Position numbers and translations under genes: made by a program
The notes under the pieces: generated by a model
Databases searched by the model: none
What the model was told of the DNA's origin: nothing
The model's input: only the letters and a program-made list of their open reading frames with translations
DNA from: an uncultured Candidatus Kuenenia sp.
GTDB taxonomy: Bacteria; Planctomycetota; Planctomycetia; Pirellulales; UBA1268
Direction of reading: 5' to 3'
DNA length: 64,000 nucleotides
Assembly: GCA_964545915.1 (NCBI GenBank)
Contig: CAZJHQ010000001.1
Coordinates: forward strand, 248,341 to 312,340
In this document: positions 1-8,696 of the stretch, piece by piece
How the letters are laid out: every line of letters starts with the position of its first letter
Numbering within the stretch: position 1 is the first letter of the stretch

Positions 1-260
1 AACTGGGGCTGGAGTTGTTTGGCCTCGTGGAACACGACAACCGCAAGAGCATCCTGCTGAACTTCGCGGGCGTCGAGTTCCTTTCCAGCGCCGCCCTCGG
101 CAAGCTGATCACGCTCGACCGGAAGGTGAAGTCGCACAAAGGCCGCCTCAAACTCTGTGCGATTCGTCCGGAGATCCTCGAGGTCTTTCAGATCACGAAG
201 CTCAACAAAGTGTTCGACATCCGCACCGAAGAGGCGGAGGCGATCGCGGCCTTCGCGTGA
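1..260 (+). CDS. STAS-domain anti-sigma-factor antagonist (5' end probably outside window)
   Basis: Translation ...LNFAGVEFLSSAALGKLITLDRKVKSHKGRLKLCAIRPEILEVFQITKLNKVFDI... is a typical SpoIIAA/RsbV-like STAS fold. The frame is open to base 1 and the gene lies directly upstream of an RsbW-like kinase. Confidence 0.75.
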   Translation, partial: LGLELFGLVEHDNRKSILLNFAGVEFLSSAALGKLITLDRKVKSHKGRLKLCAIRPEILEVFQITKLNKVFDIRTEEAEAIAAFA

Positions 261-297
261 CCAACCGGTCCGCCGGCCGCAGCCGCGGGGGATTGCC

Positions 298-735
298 ATG
301 GAACATCGTCCCGCCGAGTCCGGCTGGAGTCGTGAGGTCGATCTCCCCAGCCAGCGCGGGGCGAGCCGCATCGTCACGGACGACCTGCTCGAGCAACTCG
401 GCATCTACGGTTGGTCCCCCTCCGACATCTTCGCGATTCACCTCGCCGCCGAGGAAGCGATCGTCAATGCCATCGTCCATGGCAACAAGCTCGACCCCGC
501 CAAGCAGGTGCACGTGTCCTGCGAAGTGACGCCGGACCTGGCCCGAATCCGGATCACCGACGAGGGGGAAGGCTTCGACCCCAGCCAGGTGCCCGACTGC
601 ACGGCCGACGACCGGCTGGAGATGCCGGGCGGACGCGGGGTGATGCTCATGAAATCGTTCATGACGCGGATCGAATACAACGCGAAGGGCAACAGCGTGC
701 TCTTGGAAAAGCGGCACGACCCGTCCGCTAGCTGA
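298..735 (+). CDS. Anti-sigma regulatory factor, RsbW/SpoIIAB-like serine kinase (HATPase_c)
   Basis: ATG at 298 inside ORF 157..735. N-box-like EAIVNAIVHGN and G1-like DEGEGFD motifs. Adjacent to the STAS gene. Confidence 0.8.
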   Translation: MEHRPAESGWSREVDLPSQRGASRIVTDDLLEQLGIYGWSPSDIFAIHLAAEEAIVNAIVHGNKLDPAKQVHVSCEVTPDLARIRITDEGEGFDPSQVPDCTADDRLEMPGGRGVMLMKSFMTRIEYNAKGNSVLLEKRHDPSAS

Positions 736-788
736 GGCCCGACCCGTATCGATTTCGCAGCCCGGATGCGGTATTCTCAGAGGCTCGA

Positions 789-860
789 TCCCCGATAGCT
801 CAACGGTAGAGCGGCCGGCTGTTAACCGGTAGGTTGTAGGTTCGAATCCTACTCGGGGAG
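789..860 (+). tRNA. tRNA-Asn (anticodon GTT)
   Basis: Acceptor stem tccccga/tcgggga, T-arm gtaggttcgaatcctac, anticodon loop ctGTTaa flanked by stem ccgg/ccgg. 72 nt cloverleaf drawn by hand. Confidence 0.85.
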
Positions 861-973
861 CTTGCCGGCCAACTGTCGAGTCCAGTGCGGCGTCTGGGGC
901 TCCACGCCAACCGGGAGTCGTGCGGGCACGGCCGCACGGATTGCGTCGCATCCATGCAGGGGTGCGGCGAACT

Positions 974-1777
974 TCAGAACCGCCACCCGAGGCCAGAGTC
1001 CACGAAGTACGCCGCCGCATCCTGAGTGAGGCCCCAGCCCATGCGGCAGCCGATCTCGAGGCTGGGCGTGATCATGAAGTGCGTGCCGGGGCCCACGAAG
1101 GGCCGTACTTTCTCGTCCTCGAGGCCGTCGGTCCAACTGCCGAACCACTCGGCGTGAACCTCCCAGCGTTCGGTGACCGGCATGCGGAGCACGGCCGAGG
1201 GCAACCACTTGTCGAAGAGCCCCTCCGCGCTGTCGGCAAGCACGTAGCGGATCGCGGCGTCCAGCCGCCATGTGCGCGGCAACTCCCAGCCGAACGCATA
1301 GGTGATCGCCGGCTCCGTGCCCCACACATCACCCGAGAGCGGCGTGAACGCCTCGACGATCACGCTCGATCGCGGCGCCCAACCGCCCTGCTCAGTCACC
1401 AGCGCCTTGAAGCCGTAGAGGATGTTCGACTCCGAGGCGAGTTCGTCTCCCTCGACGCCCTCGCCCCCCTCGACGGCCGTCACGACACTGCCTCCCGAGC
1501 CCGATTCGTAATTGAAACCGAGCCGCCACTCGAAACGCTCGGTGGCCCCGCGGCGAATGAGCAGTTCCGGAAAGCTGTTCGTGGCCGGTGTGCCGCGGTT
1601 GTCGATGAACGAGTAGGAGGCCTCCGTGAGCACGTGGCCCACCGCCACAGGCCGTGTGGCGGGGGTGAATGCATCGCGGTCGGTATCGAGCTCCTGAAGC
1701 TCCTGACCGCGGGCCGGCGATCCGGCAATCAGCGTTGCCAGCACGATCGCGTGTCGCAGCCCTCGGCTTGTCGGCAT
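974..1777 (-). CDS. Outer-membrane beta-barrel transporter-like protein (MetA-pathway/phenol-degradation-like family)
   Basis: ATG at 1777 within ORF 974..1927. Signal peptide MPTSRGLRHAIVLATLIAGSPARG, alternating beta-strand pattern and C-terminal ...GLGWRF typical of OM barrels. Confidence 0.6.
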   Translation of the reverse strand: MPTSRGLRHAIVLATLIAGSPARGQELQELDTDRDAFTPATRPVAVGHVLTEASYSFIDNRGTPATNSFPELLIRRGATERFEWRLGFNYESGSGGSVVTAVEGGEGVEGDELASESNILYGFKALVTEQGGWAPRSSVIVEAFTPLSGDVWGTEPAITYAFGWELPRTWRLDAAIRYVLADSAEGLFDKWLPSAVLRMPVTERWEVHAEWFGSWTDGLEDEKVRPFVGPGTHFMITPSLEIGCRMGWGLTQDAAAYFVDSGLGWRF

Positions 1778-1788
1778 GTGGCTTCCGG

Positions 1789-2364
1789 TCAGTAGACGCC
1801 GATCGCGGTCCAGCCGTCGGCGGGGCGGTTGATGTTGAACGTCATGGCGGACTGCGCGATGCGGATGCCGGGCAGCACGTCCGACAGCGGATTGCCGCCA
1901 CGAATGACAGACTGGCCGCACACCCACACTTCCACGCCATTGGCAACCAGTTTTTCGACCAGTTCGCGGTTCGGATTGGAGCCGCCGGCTGGGGACTTCT
2001 CATGGGCTTCGTCCTTGAGCGCCGCCACGGTCGCGTTGAAATGGAGAATCACGGCAATCTGGGGCCGTGGGCCCGACAGGCCCTGGAGGGCATGGAGGTT
2101 GACCAGGCGGGCTGCACTCTCAAGCCCCCGATTCGGTTTGCCGGCCGGTGCCGCCGCCGTTGTGTCGAAGTAGATCTTTCCTCCACTTCGGATCCGCTCG
2201 CCGGCGTCCGGCAGCGCGACGACCGAACCATACTTTTCGATCTGCGGAAACTGGAGGGACGGCAGCCCGGCGCCCGGTTCCGCCGCTGGAGACAAAGACG
2301 TGACGAGCGAGGCATAGACGACGGCGAGGAGTACGAATGGGAGGCGGCGATGCAAAGAACTCAT
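1789..2364 (-). CDS. DsrE/DsrF-like sulfur-relay family protein, secreted
   Basis: ATG at 2364 (C-terminal 191 codons of ORF 1789..3423). Signal peptide, then ...IAVILHFNATVAALKD...VEVWVCGQSV... resembling the DsrE family. Sits in the sulfur cluster. Confidence 0.6.
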   Translation of the reverse strand: MSSLHRRLPFVLLAVVYASLVTSLSPAAEPGAGLPSLQFPQIEKYGSVVALPDAGERIRSGGKIYFDTTAAAPAGKPNRGLESAARLVNLHALQGLSGPRPQIAVILHFNATVAALKDEAHEKSPAGGSNPNRELVEKLVANGVEVWVCGQSVIRGGNPLSDVLPGIRIAQSAMTFNINRPADGWTAIGVY

Positions 2365-2393
2365 CAGTGTTCTCTCCTGGGGATACGAGGCGA

Positions 2394-3272
2394 TCAGAAG
2401 CGAAGGAACGTCTTGAAGATGATGAAGGCCGCGACGATGACGATCGCCACGGCGAACACACGGGCGAGCGTCGGGCCGCCGATCTTGCGGCCGATCCACG
2501 AGCCGACGAACAGGGCGGGGACACCGCCCCCCACGAAGCTGCCGGCGATGTCGAGCGGAATGCTGCGACCGGCGGCAACCTGGGCGGCTACGGCCGCGGC
2601 GCCCACGAGCGTCATCACGAAGAGCGACGTGCCGACCGCGCGAAACACGTCCATCGTGGCGAAGGCGACGAGCGCCGGCACGATCAGGAACCCGCCCCCG
2701 ACACCGAACAGGCCGGAGAGCAGCCCGACCAAGAGCCCGACGAGCGTGAGGAGCACGAAGCAGCGCGTGGTCATCCGCAGCCGGCCCTCGGCATCGCGAC
2801 TGCAGGTCGGGCCGACCCCCGTGGCAAACACCCCGGCCGCCGCCCTCTCGGTGCGATCCGCCGCCTTGCGCCACATCCTGGCGGCGATCAGCAGCATGAG
2901 TCCCGCAAACGCGGCCATGAGTGTCTGCGGCGGCACGTGCCCGCCGAGCCAGCTGCCGGCCGGAGCGGTCAGCATCCCAGCCGCCGCGAAGAGCAGCCCC
3001 GTGCGAACTTCGACCTGGCCATACCACCACCGCTCGACTGCACCGAAGAGCGCCGTCGCCGCCACCGTGACGAGCGAGATGCTCACGGCCGTCCGCGGAT
3101 CGACGCCGATCCAGTAGACGAGCAGCGGCACGGCGAAGATCGCGCCGCCGCCGCCGGTGAGGCCGAGCGACAGGCCGACGATGCCACCGGCCGCCACCGA
3201 CGCCGCCGCTGCCCACGTGGGGGGAGTCGTGACCGCAACGGCGTCGATGGTCGCCAGGAGGGAGGCGATCAT
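2394..3272 (-). CDS. TauE/SafE (TSUP) family sulfite/anion exporter
   Basis: 292-aa polytopic membrane protein with two Gly-rich repeats (GLTGGGGAIFAVPLL, GLFGVGGGFLIVPAL). 4-nt overlap with the upstream PDO gene. Confidence 0.8.
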   Translation of the reverse strand: MIASLLATIDAVAVTTPPTWAAAASVAAGGIVGLSLGLTGGGGAIFAVPLLVYWIGVDPRTAVSISLVTVAATALFGAVERWWYGQVEVRTGLLFAAAGMLTAPAGSWLGGHVPPQTLMAAFAGLMLLIAARMWRKAADRTERAAAGVFATGVGPTCSRDAEGRLRMTTRCFVLLTLVGLLVGLLSGLFGVGGGFLIVPALVAFATMDVFRAVGTSLFVMTLVGAAAVAAQVAAGRSIPLDIAGSFVGGGVPALFVGSWIGRKIGGPTLARVFAVAIVIVAAFIIFKTFLRF

Positions 3273-4672
3273 GCGGGGAGCTTCGCGGCGAGCCAGGCCT
3301 TGTAACCGCCCACGATGTCGTGCACGTCACGGCGGCCCAGCTTCTGCAGCAGGCTTGCGGCGATCGCGGAGCGGTAGCCTCCTTCACAGTGCACGGCCAC
3401 GGGCCGGCCGGCCGGGATCTCACTCATTCGTTCGTCGAGATGCGTGAGCGGGATGTTGAGGCTCCCTGCGATATGCCCGCCTGCATGCTCCGCCTCGCTC
3501 CGCACGTCCACGACGATCGGCGCCGCACCGGCGTCGGGCCGCTTTCCGGCGAGCCATTCGCCGAGGGCCGGCGCGGTGATCCGCGCCGTCCGCTCCACGA
3601 GATCGTCTCGCTTTGCCAGGGCGTTCATGCCGCCGGCGAGGTAGCCCGCAACGTTGTCGAAGCCGATCCGGCCGAGCCGCATCACGGCTTCTTCCTCGCC
3701 ACCTTCCTCGGCGATCACGACGATCGGCCTGTCATGAGAGAGCATCGATCCCGCCCAGGTCGCATACTTGCCGTTCAAGGCGATGTTGAGGGATCCCTTC
3801 AGGTGCCCCCCTTCGAAGTCGATGCCGTCGCGGACGTCGAGCAGCTGGCCGTCCGACTTTTCGAGCGCGAGCACCTCGTCGAGCGACAGCGGCTTGAGTG
3901 TCTTCTCCATCGCCGCGCCGAGCGATGCCCGCTCCTTGCGGTTGAGAATCGCGTCGTGCACGAAGTAGTCCGGCGCCTCCGGTTGGTCAGCCGTGACGAT
4001 CGCCTTGAACGCCTCGCGGCTCATCGGCTGGAGGGCGTAATTGAACTTCTTCTGCTCGCCGATTGTGGAGACCGTCTCCTTCGACAGGCTCTTGCCGCAC
4101 ATGCTGCCCGCCCCGTGGGCCGGATAGACGAGCGTGGCGTCGGGCAGCTTCACGAGCTTGTTGGTGATGCTGTCGTAGAGCATGTCGGCCAGTTCGTCGG
4201 CGGTCACGCCGATGCTCGCCAGCAGGTCGGGCCGGCCCACATCGCCGATGAAGAGCGTGTCGCCGGTGAGCACGGCCAGCGGCTCGGTGCGGCTCTTCGC
4301 CAGGTCGTAGACGAGGATCGAGATGCCTTCCGGCGTGTGGCCCGGCGTCTCCATGATCTCAAGCTTCACGTCGCCGAACTCGACGATGTCACCGTCCTTC
4401 ATGTGGACGCATTCGAATTCCGCCTCCGCCTGCCGGCCGAGGTGGATCGTCGCCCCGGCCTTGTCGCGCAGCTCGATGTGCCCGGCGATGAAGTCGGCGT
4501 GGAAGTGCGTGAGGAAGACGTGCTTGATCGTGTACCCGCCGGCCTTGGCGTCGGCGAGGTATTGATCGATGTCGCGCTGGGGATCGACCACCGCGGCCGT
4601 CTTCGTCTTCTCGTCGGTGATCATGTACGACGCGTGCGACAGGCATGCGAGGTAATACTGCTGGATCTTCAT
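3269..4672 (-). CDS. Persulfide dioxygenase (MBL fold) fused to two rhodanese domains
   Basis: N-terminal metallo-beta-lactamase motif FLTHFHADFIAGH. C-terminal rhodanese modules with active-site loop HCEGGYRS. Same architecture as CstB/ETHE1-rhodanese fusions. Confidence 0.85.
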   Translation of the reverse strand: MKIQQYYLACLSHASYMITDEKTKTAAVVDPQRDIDQYLADAKAGGYTIKHVFLTHFHADFIAGHIELRDKAGATIHLGRQAEAEFECVHMKDGDIVEFGDVKLEIMETPGHTPEGISILVYDLAKSRTEPLAVLTGDTLFIGDVGRPDLLASIGVTADELADMLYDSITNKLVKLPDATLVYPAHGAGSMCGKSLSKETVSTIGEQKKFNYALQPMSREAFKAIVTADQPEAPDYFVHDAILNRKERASLGAAMEKTLKPLSLDEVLALEKSDGQLLDVRDGIDFEGGHLKGSLNIALNGKYATWAGSMLSHDRPIVVIAEEGGEEEAVMRLGRIGFDNVAGYLAGGMNALAKRDDLVERTARITAPALGEWLAGKRPDAGAAPIVVDVRSEAEHAGGHIAGSLNIPLTHLDERMSEIPAGRPVAVHCEGGYRSAIAASLLQKLGRRDVHDIVGGYKAWLAAKLPA

Positions 4673-4715
4673 GGCGATGTCTCCAGTGATGTTGGGGGAA
4701 CGGGTAGCCGGCGCG

Positions 4716-5675
4716 TCACTTGCCGACGACGGCAGGAAAGCCGGCCTTCACGAGCTGCGGATAGCCGGGCTTGATCGCCCGGACGTCGTACCCGAGCGGC
4801 TTGAGGATCGCGGCGGCCTCGGCGCAGCGGCCGCCCGCGAGGCAGTAGCAGTAGATGACCTTGTCCTTGGGCAGGGTCTTCGCGAGTTCCTGCGGGGGCA
4901 CGCCGCGCTCGAGCACGCTCAACGGAAGCAGGCCGGCCCCGGCCAGATGTCCCTGCTGCCACTCATCCGGCTCGCGCACGTCGATGATCACCGCTTTCTG
5001 CTCGCGCACGGCCTGCTTCACGACGTCGAGCGAGTCCTTCGTGTGCTCGGCGACCGCAGTGCCGGACGCCGCTCCGAGCACGAGCCCGAGCAGGATGGCG
5101 CGGGAACAGGTCGTGGCCGTACGGCAGGCCCCACCCGACGCCTGGTTCCACGGGATACGGGCGATCAGCATCGCCATGCCGCAGGTATCGGTGATCCCGG
5201 CGAACACGAGGCCGCAGCCCACGAAGCCGGCCAAGCCCGCGCCGATCGCCTGCCAGTTGACCGGCGATTCCGGGCCGAAGGCGGCCAGCGCCGCACCGAC
5301 GGCGACGAGCGCGCCGGCGGCGATCCGCACCTGCCGTTCGAGCGACATCACCTTGCGGCCGCGGACGACCGGCACCCCGGCAGCCTCGCAGGCGGCCGTG
5401 CCCCCTTCGACACTGACCACGTCCTTGATGCCCGCGGCGAGCAGCTTTTCGCAGGCCTTCTGACTGCGGGTGCCCGACTTGCAGACGAAGTACACGGGCC
5501 CACTGCCTGCGAGCGACGTCACGGCCTGTGCATCGAGCCGGTCGAGCGGGATGTTGTGGGCGAAATCGACATGCACCTCGCCGAACTCGGCGGGCGTGCG
5601 GACGTCGATGAGGGTCAACTTGTCGCCCTTGCGGCGAAGATCGGCGAGCGTCGTCGGGGAAATCGTGGCAACCAT
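4716..5675 (-). CDS. Rhodanese - DUF2892-like membrane segment - rhodanese sulfurtransferase
   Basis: Two rhodanese active-site loops (FVCKSGTRS and YCLAGGRC) separated by a hydrophobic Gly-rich segment (...GLAGFVGCGLVFAGITDTCGMAMLIA...). Confidence 0.75.
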   Translation of the reverse strand: MVATISPTTLADLRRKGDKLTLIDVRTPAEFGEVHVDFAHNIPLDRLDAQAVTSLAGSGPVYFVCKSGTRSQKACEKLLAAGIKDVVSVEGGTAACEAAGVPVVRGRKVMSLERQVRIAAGALVAVGAALAAFGPESPVNWQAIGAGLAGFVGCGLVFAGITDTCGMAMLIARIPWNQASGGACRTATTCSRAILLGLVLGAASGTAVAEHTKDSLDVVKQAVREQKAVIIDVREPDEWQQGHLAGAGLLPLSVLERGVPPQELAKTLPKDKVIYCYCLAGGRCAEAAAILKPLGYDVRAIKPGYPQLVKAGFPAVVGK

Positions 5676-5777
5676 GAAATCATCCTCCGTGGGGTCAGGA
5701 ACGAATCACTTGAGTCGAGGTGTCGTGATATTACGATACGTTTTGAAACCGGCAGCGGGACCGTAGCGGCACGACGC

Positions 5778-6131
5778 CTAGGTGGACACCCCGGTTCGCT
5801 GGGACTTCGGGCCGCCGAAGCGGGACTCGATGCAGGCCATGATGCTGGCGAGGTGGGGCTCGGCGATCGTGTAATAGACACACCGCCCCTCCTTCTCCAC
5901 GTCGAGGAAGCCGCACCGCTGCATCAGCCGCAGGTGCTCGGAAGCCATGTGGCTCGGAATCTCGCAAGCCTCGGCCAATTCGCCCACCGTGTAGCGGCCG
6001 CCGAGCAGCATCTGCACGATGCGGAGCCGGTGGGGATGGGCGAGGGTCTTCAGGCATTCGGCCGCCTGGCCCAGGTTTTCGAGGCTCGTGAGCTTCGGCG
6101 GACGGGCGGGTTTGCGCTTCGTGTCGACCAT
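5778..6131 (-). CDS. ArsR-family repressor, SqrR/BigR-like persulfide sensor
   Basis: wHTH core AECLKTLAHPHRLRIVQMLL...YTVGELA with two conserved Cys (AEC-LK and MAC-IES), as in BigR/SqrR. ATG at 6131 is preferred; the maximal ORF start at 6212 sits inside a perfect palindrome. Divergent from SQR. Confidence 0.75.
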   Translation of the reverse strand: MVDTKRKPARPPKLTSLENLGQAAECLKTLAHPHRLRIVQMLLGGRYTVGELAEACEIPSHMASEHLRLMQRCGFLDVEKEGRCVYYTIAEPHLASIMACIESRFGGPKSQRTGVST

Positions 6132-6202
6132 GACCACGGCTCTGACGGTGGCGGGCTGGGGGGCCTGAACTCGCGCCGGAACTCCCAGCGCCTGGGAATC
6201 AT

Positions 6203-6218
6203 ATCGGAACATTCCGAT
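6203..6218. promoter_or_regulatory. Candidate ArsR/SqrR operator: perfect 16-bp palindrome ATCGGAACATTCCGAT
   Basis: Read directly in the intergenic region between the divergent repressor and sqr genes. Confidence 0.4.
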
Positions 6219-6314
6219 GTGTCAATGAGTTTTTCCAGCGGGGCCACAACAGTAATGGAAATATCGCGATGAGTCGATATATACTCGACGTATCCCAACG
6301 GAGCATCGACAGCC

Positions 6315-7502
6315 ATGCCTGACCACCATCGCGTCCTTATTCTTGGGGGCGGCACCGCCGGAATCACCGTGGCCGCCCGGCTGCGGAGGGCCGCCGCCCG
6401 CCTCGACATCGGGATCGTCGAGCCCTCCGAGAGCCACTTCTACCAGCCGCTCTGGACGCTCGTGGGGGCCGGCGTTTTCCCGCCGGAGGCCAGTCGCCGC
6501 CAGGAGGCCGACTTCATCCCCGCCGGGGTCGACTGGATCCGGGACCGCGTGACCGAGATCCTGCCCGACCAGAAGGCGGTCGCCACGGCCTCGGGCCGAC
6601 GGCTCACCTACGATTGGCTCGTCGTCGCCTTGGGCATCCAGATCGACTGGACGGCGATCCCGGGCCTCGCCGGGGGCATCGGCACCCGCGGCATCTGCAG
6701 CAACTATTCCTTCGAGCACGTCGCCTACACCTGGGAGACGATCCGCGGCTTCAAAGGAGGCACGGCCCTCTTCACCGTGCCCAACACGGCCGTGAAGTGC
6801 GGCGGCGCGCCCCAAAAGATCATGTATCTCGCCGATGACGCGTTTCGACGCCAGGGGGTGCGCGACCGCACGCAGATCGTGTTCGCCTCCCCGGCCAAGG
6901 CGATCTTCGCGGTGGAGAAGTATCGCAAGACGCTCGAGCAGGTCGTGGCCCGCAAAGGCATCGACGCCCGGTTCCGCCAGAATCTCGTCGAACTGCGACC
7001 CGACGCCCACGAGGCGGTCCTCGAGCATCTCGACACCCACGAGCGGAGCGTCGTCTCCTACGACATGATCCATGTGACACCGCCGATGAGCGCCCCCGAC
7101 GTGATCAAGCGCAGCCCGCTCGCCAACGAGCAGGGCTGGTGCGCGGCCGACAAGTTCACGCTGCGACACCCGACCTATCCCGACGTCTTCGCCCTGGGCG
7201 ACGCGGCGGGCCTGCCCACCTCGAAGACCGGCGCCGCGATCCGCAAGCAAGCGCCGGTGCTCGTGCATAACCTGCTTGCTGCAATGGGGGGGAAGCCGTG
7301 CGATGCGGCCTATGACGGCTACACGTCGTGCCCGGTGGTCACTGGCTACGGCCGGATGGTGCTCGCCGAGTTCGACTACGACAACAAGCCGAAGGAATCG
7401 TTTCCCATCGACCAGTCGAAGGAGCGCTACAGCATGTGGCTTCTGAAAACACAGGTGCTGCCGCGGCTCTACTGGTACGGCATGCTCCGCGGGAGGGTCT
7501 GA
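6315..7502 (+). CDS. sqr: Sulfide:quinone oxidoreductase (FAD-dependent pyridine nucleotide-disulfide oxidoreductase family)
   Basis: N-terminal FAD fold VLILGGGTAGITVA, ...FALGDAAGLPTSKTGAA..., about 395 aa. Genomic context with PDO, rhodanese and SqrR. Confidence 0.8.
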   Translation: MPDHHRVLILGGGTAGITVAARLRRAAARLDIGIVEPSESHFYQPLWTLVGAGVFPPEASRRQEADFIPAGVDWIRDRVTEILPDQKAVATASGRRLTYDWLVVALGIQIDWTAIPGLAGGIGTRGICSNYSFEHVAYTWETIRGFKGGTALFTVPNTAVKCGGAPQKIMYLADDAFRRQGVRDRTQIVFASPAKAIFAVEKYRKTLEQVVARKGIDARFRQNLVELRPDAHEAVLEHLDTHERSVVSYDMIHVTPPMSAPDVIKRSPLANEQGWCAADKFTLRHPTYPDVFALGDAAGLPTSKTGAAIRKQAPVLVHNLLAAMGGKPCDAAYDGYTSCPVVTGYGRMVLAEFDYDNKPKESFPIDQSKERYSMWLLKTQVLPRLYWYGMLRGRV

Positions 7503-7562
7503 ATCCCGTGCGGGACGTTCGCCTGCTCCGCGGCGTTTCGTCGCGAGGTGCCTTCGTCCCGA

Positions 7563-8696
7563 CTACCCGCCTCGATCGATGACCTTGTCCTTCATTGGCG
7601 AGTGTGTCGTCATGCGGACGAGATAGATGCACCAGATGATGGCTGCGGCGTTGAGCACCGCAAACACCAGGAATACCGGCAATCCCCCGATCCGGAGCGC
7701 CGCGGCATGGGATGCGGCCGACGCGGCAAGATCGACGGCAGTGAGGCGGATCGCTTCGCGAACGACCGCGACGGCGACGAGGCCGACGATCCAGCCGGCG
7801 GTCGCCGCGACCAGCAGGGGCCACGACAGCCGGCCACGGATCGCCGCAATGAACCAGACTGCTGCCTGCACGGCCACCGCCCCGCCGAGGATGGCCAGCC
7901 ACGGACCGGCCAGTGGCCCCGCCACGGCGGCCCGGACGGCAGCCGAAAGCGTCGACCAGTAGAGCACCGCAGCGGTCACGCAACCGACCAACCCGGCACC
8001 GGCCGTCAGGGCCAGCCGTCTCACCGGCGACAGCCCCGCCACCGCCGCGGTGGGCTGCGGGACGGCGTGGGTGCCGACGCCGGTGAGCCTGCCCTGCCAT
8101 GCCAGCTCGATCGCCAGGCTTGGAAATGCCAGGAAAAACCAGGCGGCCAGCCGCGGCAGGAGGCCGGGGGATTCGTACCGCAGGCCGCCGGATTCATACA
8201 GCCGCGGCCACGCCGCGTGGTCAAGCATGAGCAGGTGATTCTCCGTCCAGCTCAGGGCGATGAACAGGAACCCCGCGCAGACGGCGACGGCCACGAGCGG
8301 CCGCCAGACCCACTGGCGCCTGCTGATCCAGGCCGATTTCTGCAGGTAGAGCAGGTAGAAGCAGACGATCAGCACCGGCAGAATCGCCATCCAGCGATGC
8401 GAAAGCAGCAGATTGGCCGTGGCGAACTCCCGGCCGTAGAGCATCTGGACGAACAACAGCGGCGCCACTCCGGCCGTGATGGCCAGCCCCGTGGCGAATG
8501 GCAGCCAGTCGAGCAGGATCCCCTGCCACTCACAGGCCGCACAGCGGGCCTTTCCCAGCAGCCGGCCGCAGGCAAGATACGTCGCTCCGGCCAGTACGTA
8601 GTGCATGAACACCATGTGCACCACGAAGGTCGACAGGTAGAGCACGAGATAGAAGGCGGTAGCACCGGGCAGGCCGAAGGGGAGGGCCGCGTTCAT
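7563..8696 (-). CDS. Polytopic membrane protein of unknown function (partner of the bd-like cytochrome)
   Basis: 377 aa, about 10 hydrophobic helices. 4-nt overlap with the upstream gene 8693..10111 suggests co-translation. Confidence 0.6.
   Translation of the reverse strand: MNAALPFGLPGATAFYLVLYLSTFVVHMVFMHYVLAGATYLACGRLLGKARCAACEWQGILLDWLPFATGLAITAGVAPLLFVQMLYGREFATANLLLSHRWMAILPVLIVCFYLLYLQKSAWISRRQWVWRPLVAVAVCAGFLFIALSWTENHLLMLDHAAWPRLYESGGLRYESPGLLPRLAAWFFLAFPSLAIELAWQGRLTGVGTHAVPQPTAAVAGLSPVRRLALTAGAGLVGCVTAAVLYWSTLSAAVRAAVAGPLAGPWLAILGGAVAVQAAVWFIAAIRGRLSWPLLVAATAGWIVGLVAVAVVREAIRLTAVDLAASAASHAAALRIGGLPVFLVFAVLNAAAIIWCIYLVRMTTHSPMKDKVIDRGG

Noticed and set aside
4671-6272. 533-aa plus-strand ORF, and many similar long ORFs (for example 1669..3117, 3320..4774, 8768..10123, 34274..36277, 60354..61583, 61737..62960)
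   Set aside because: They run antisense to genes with clear family signatures. They are Arg/Gly/Pro/Ala-rich with no motifs, which is typical of shadow ORFs in high-GC DNA.
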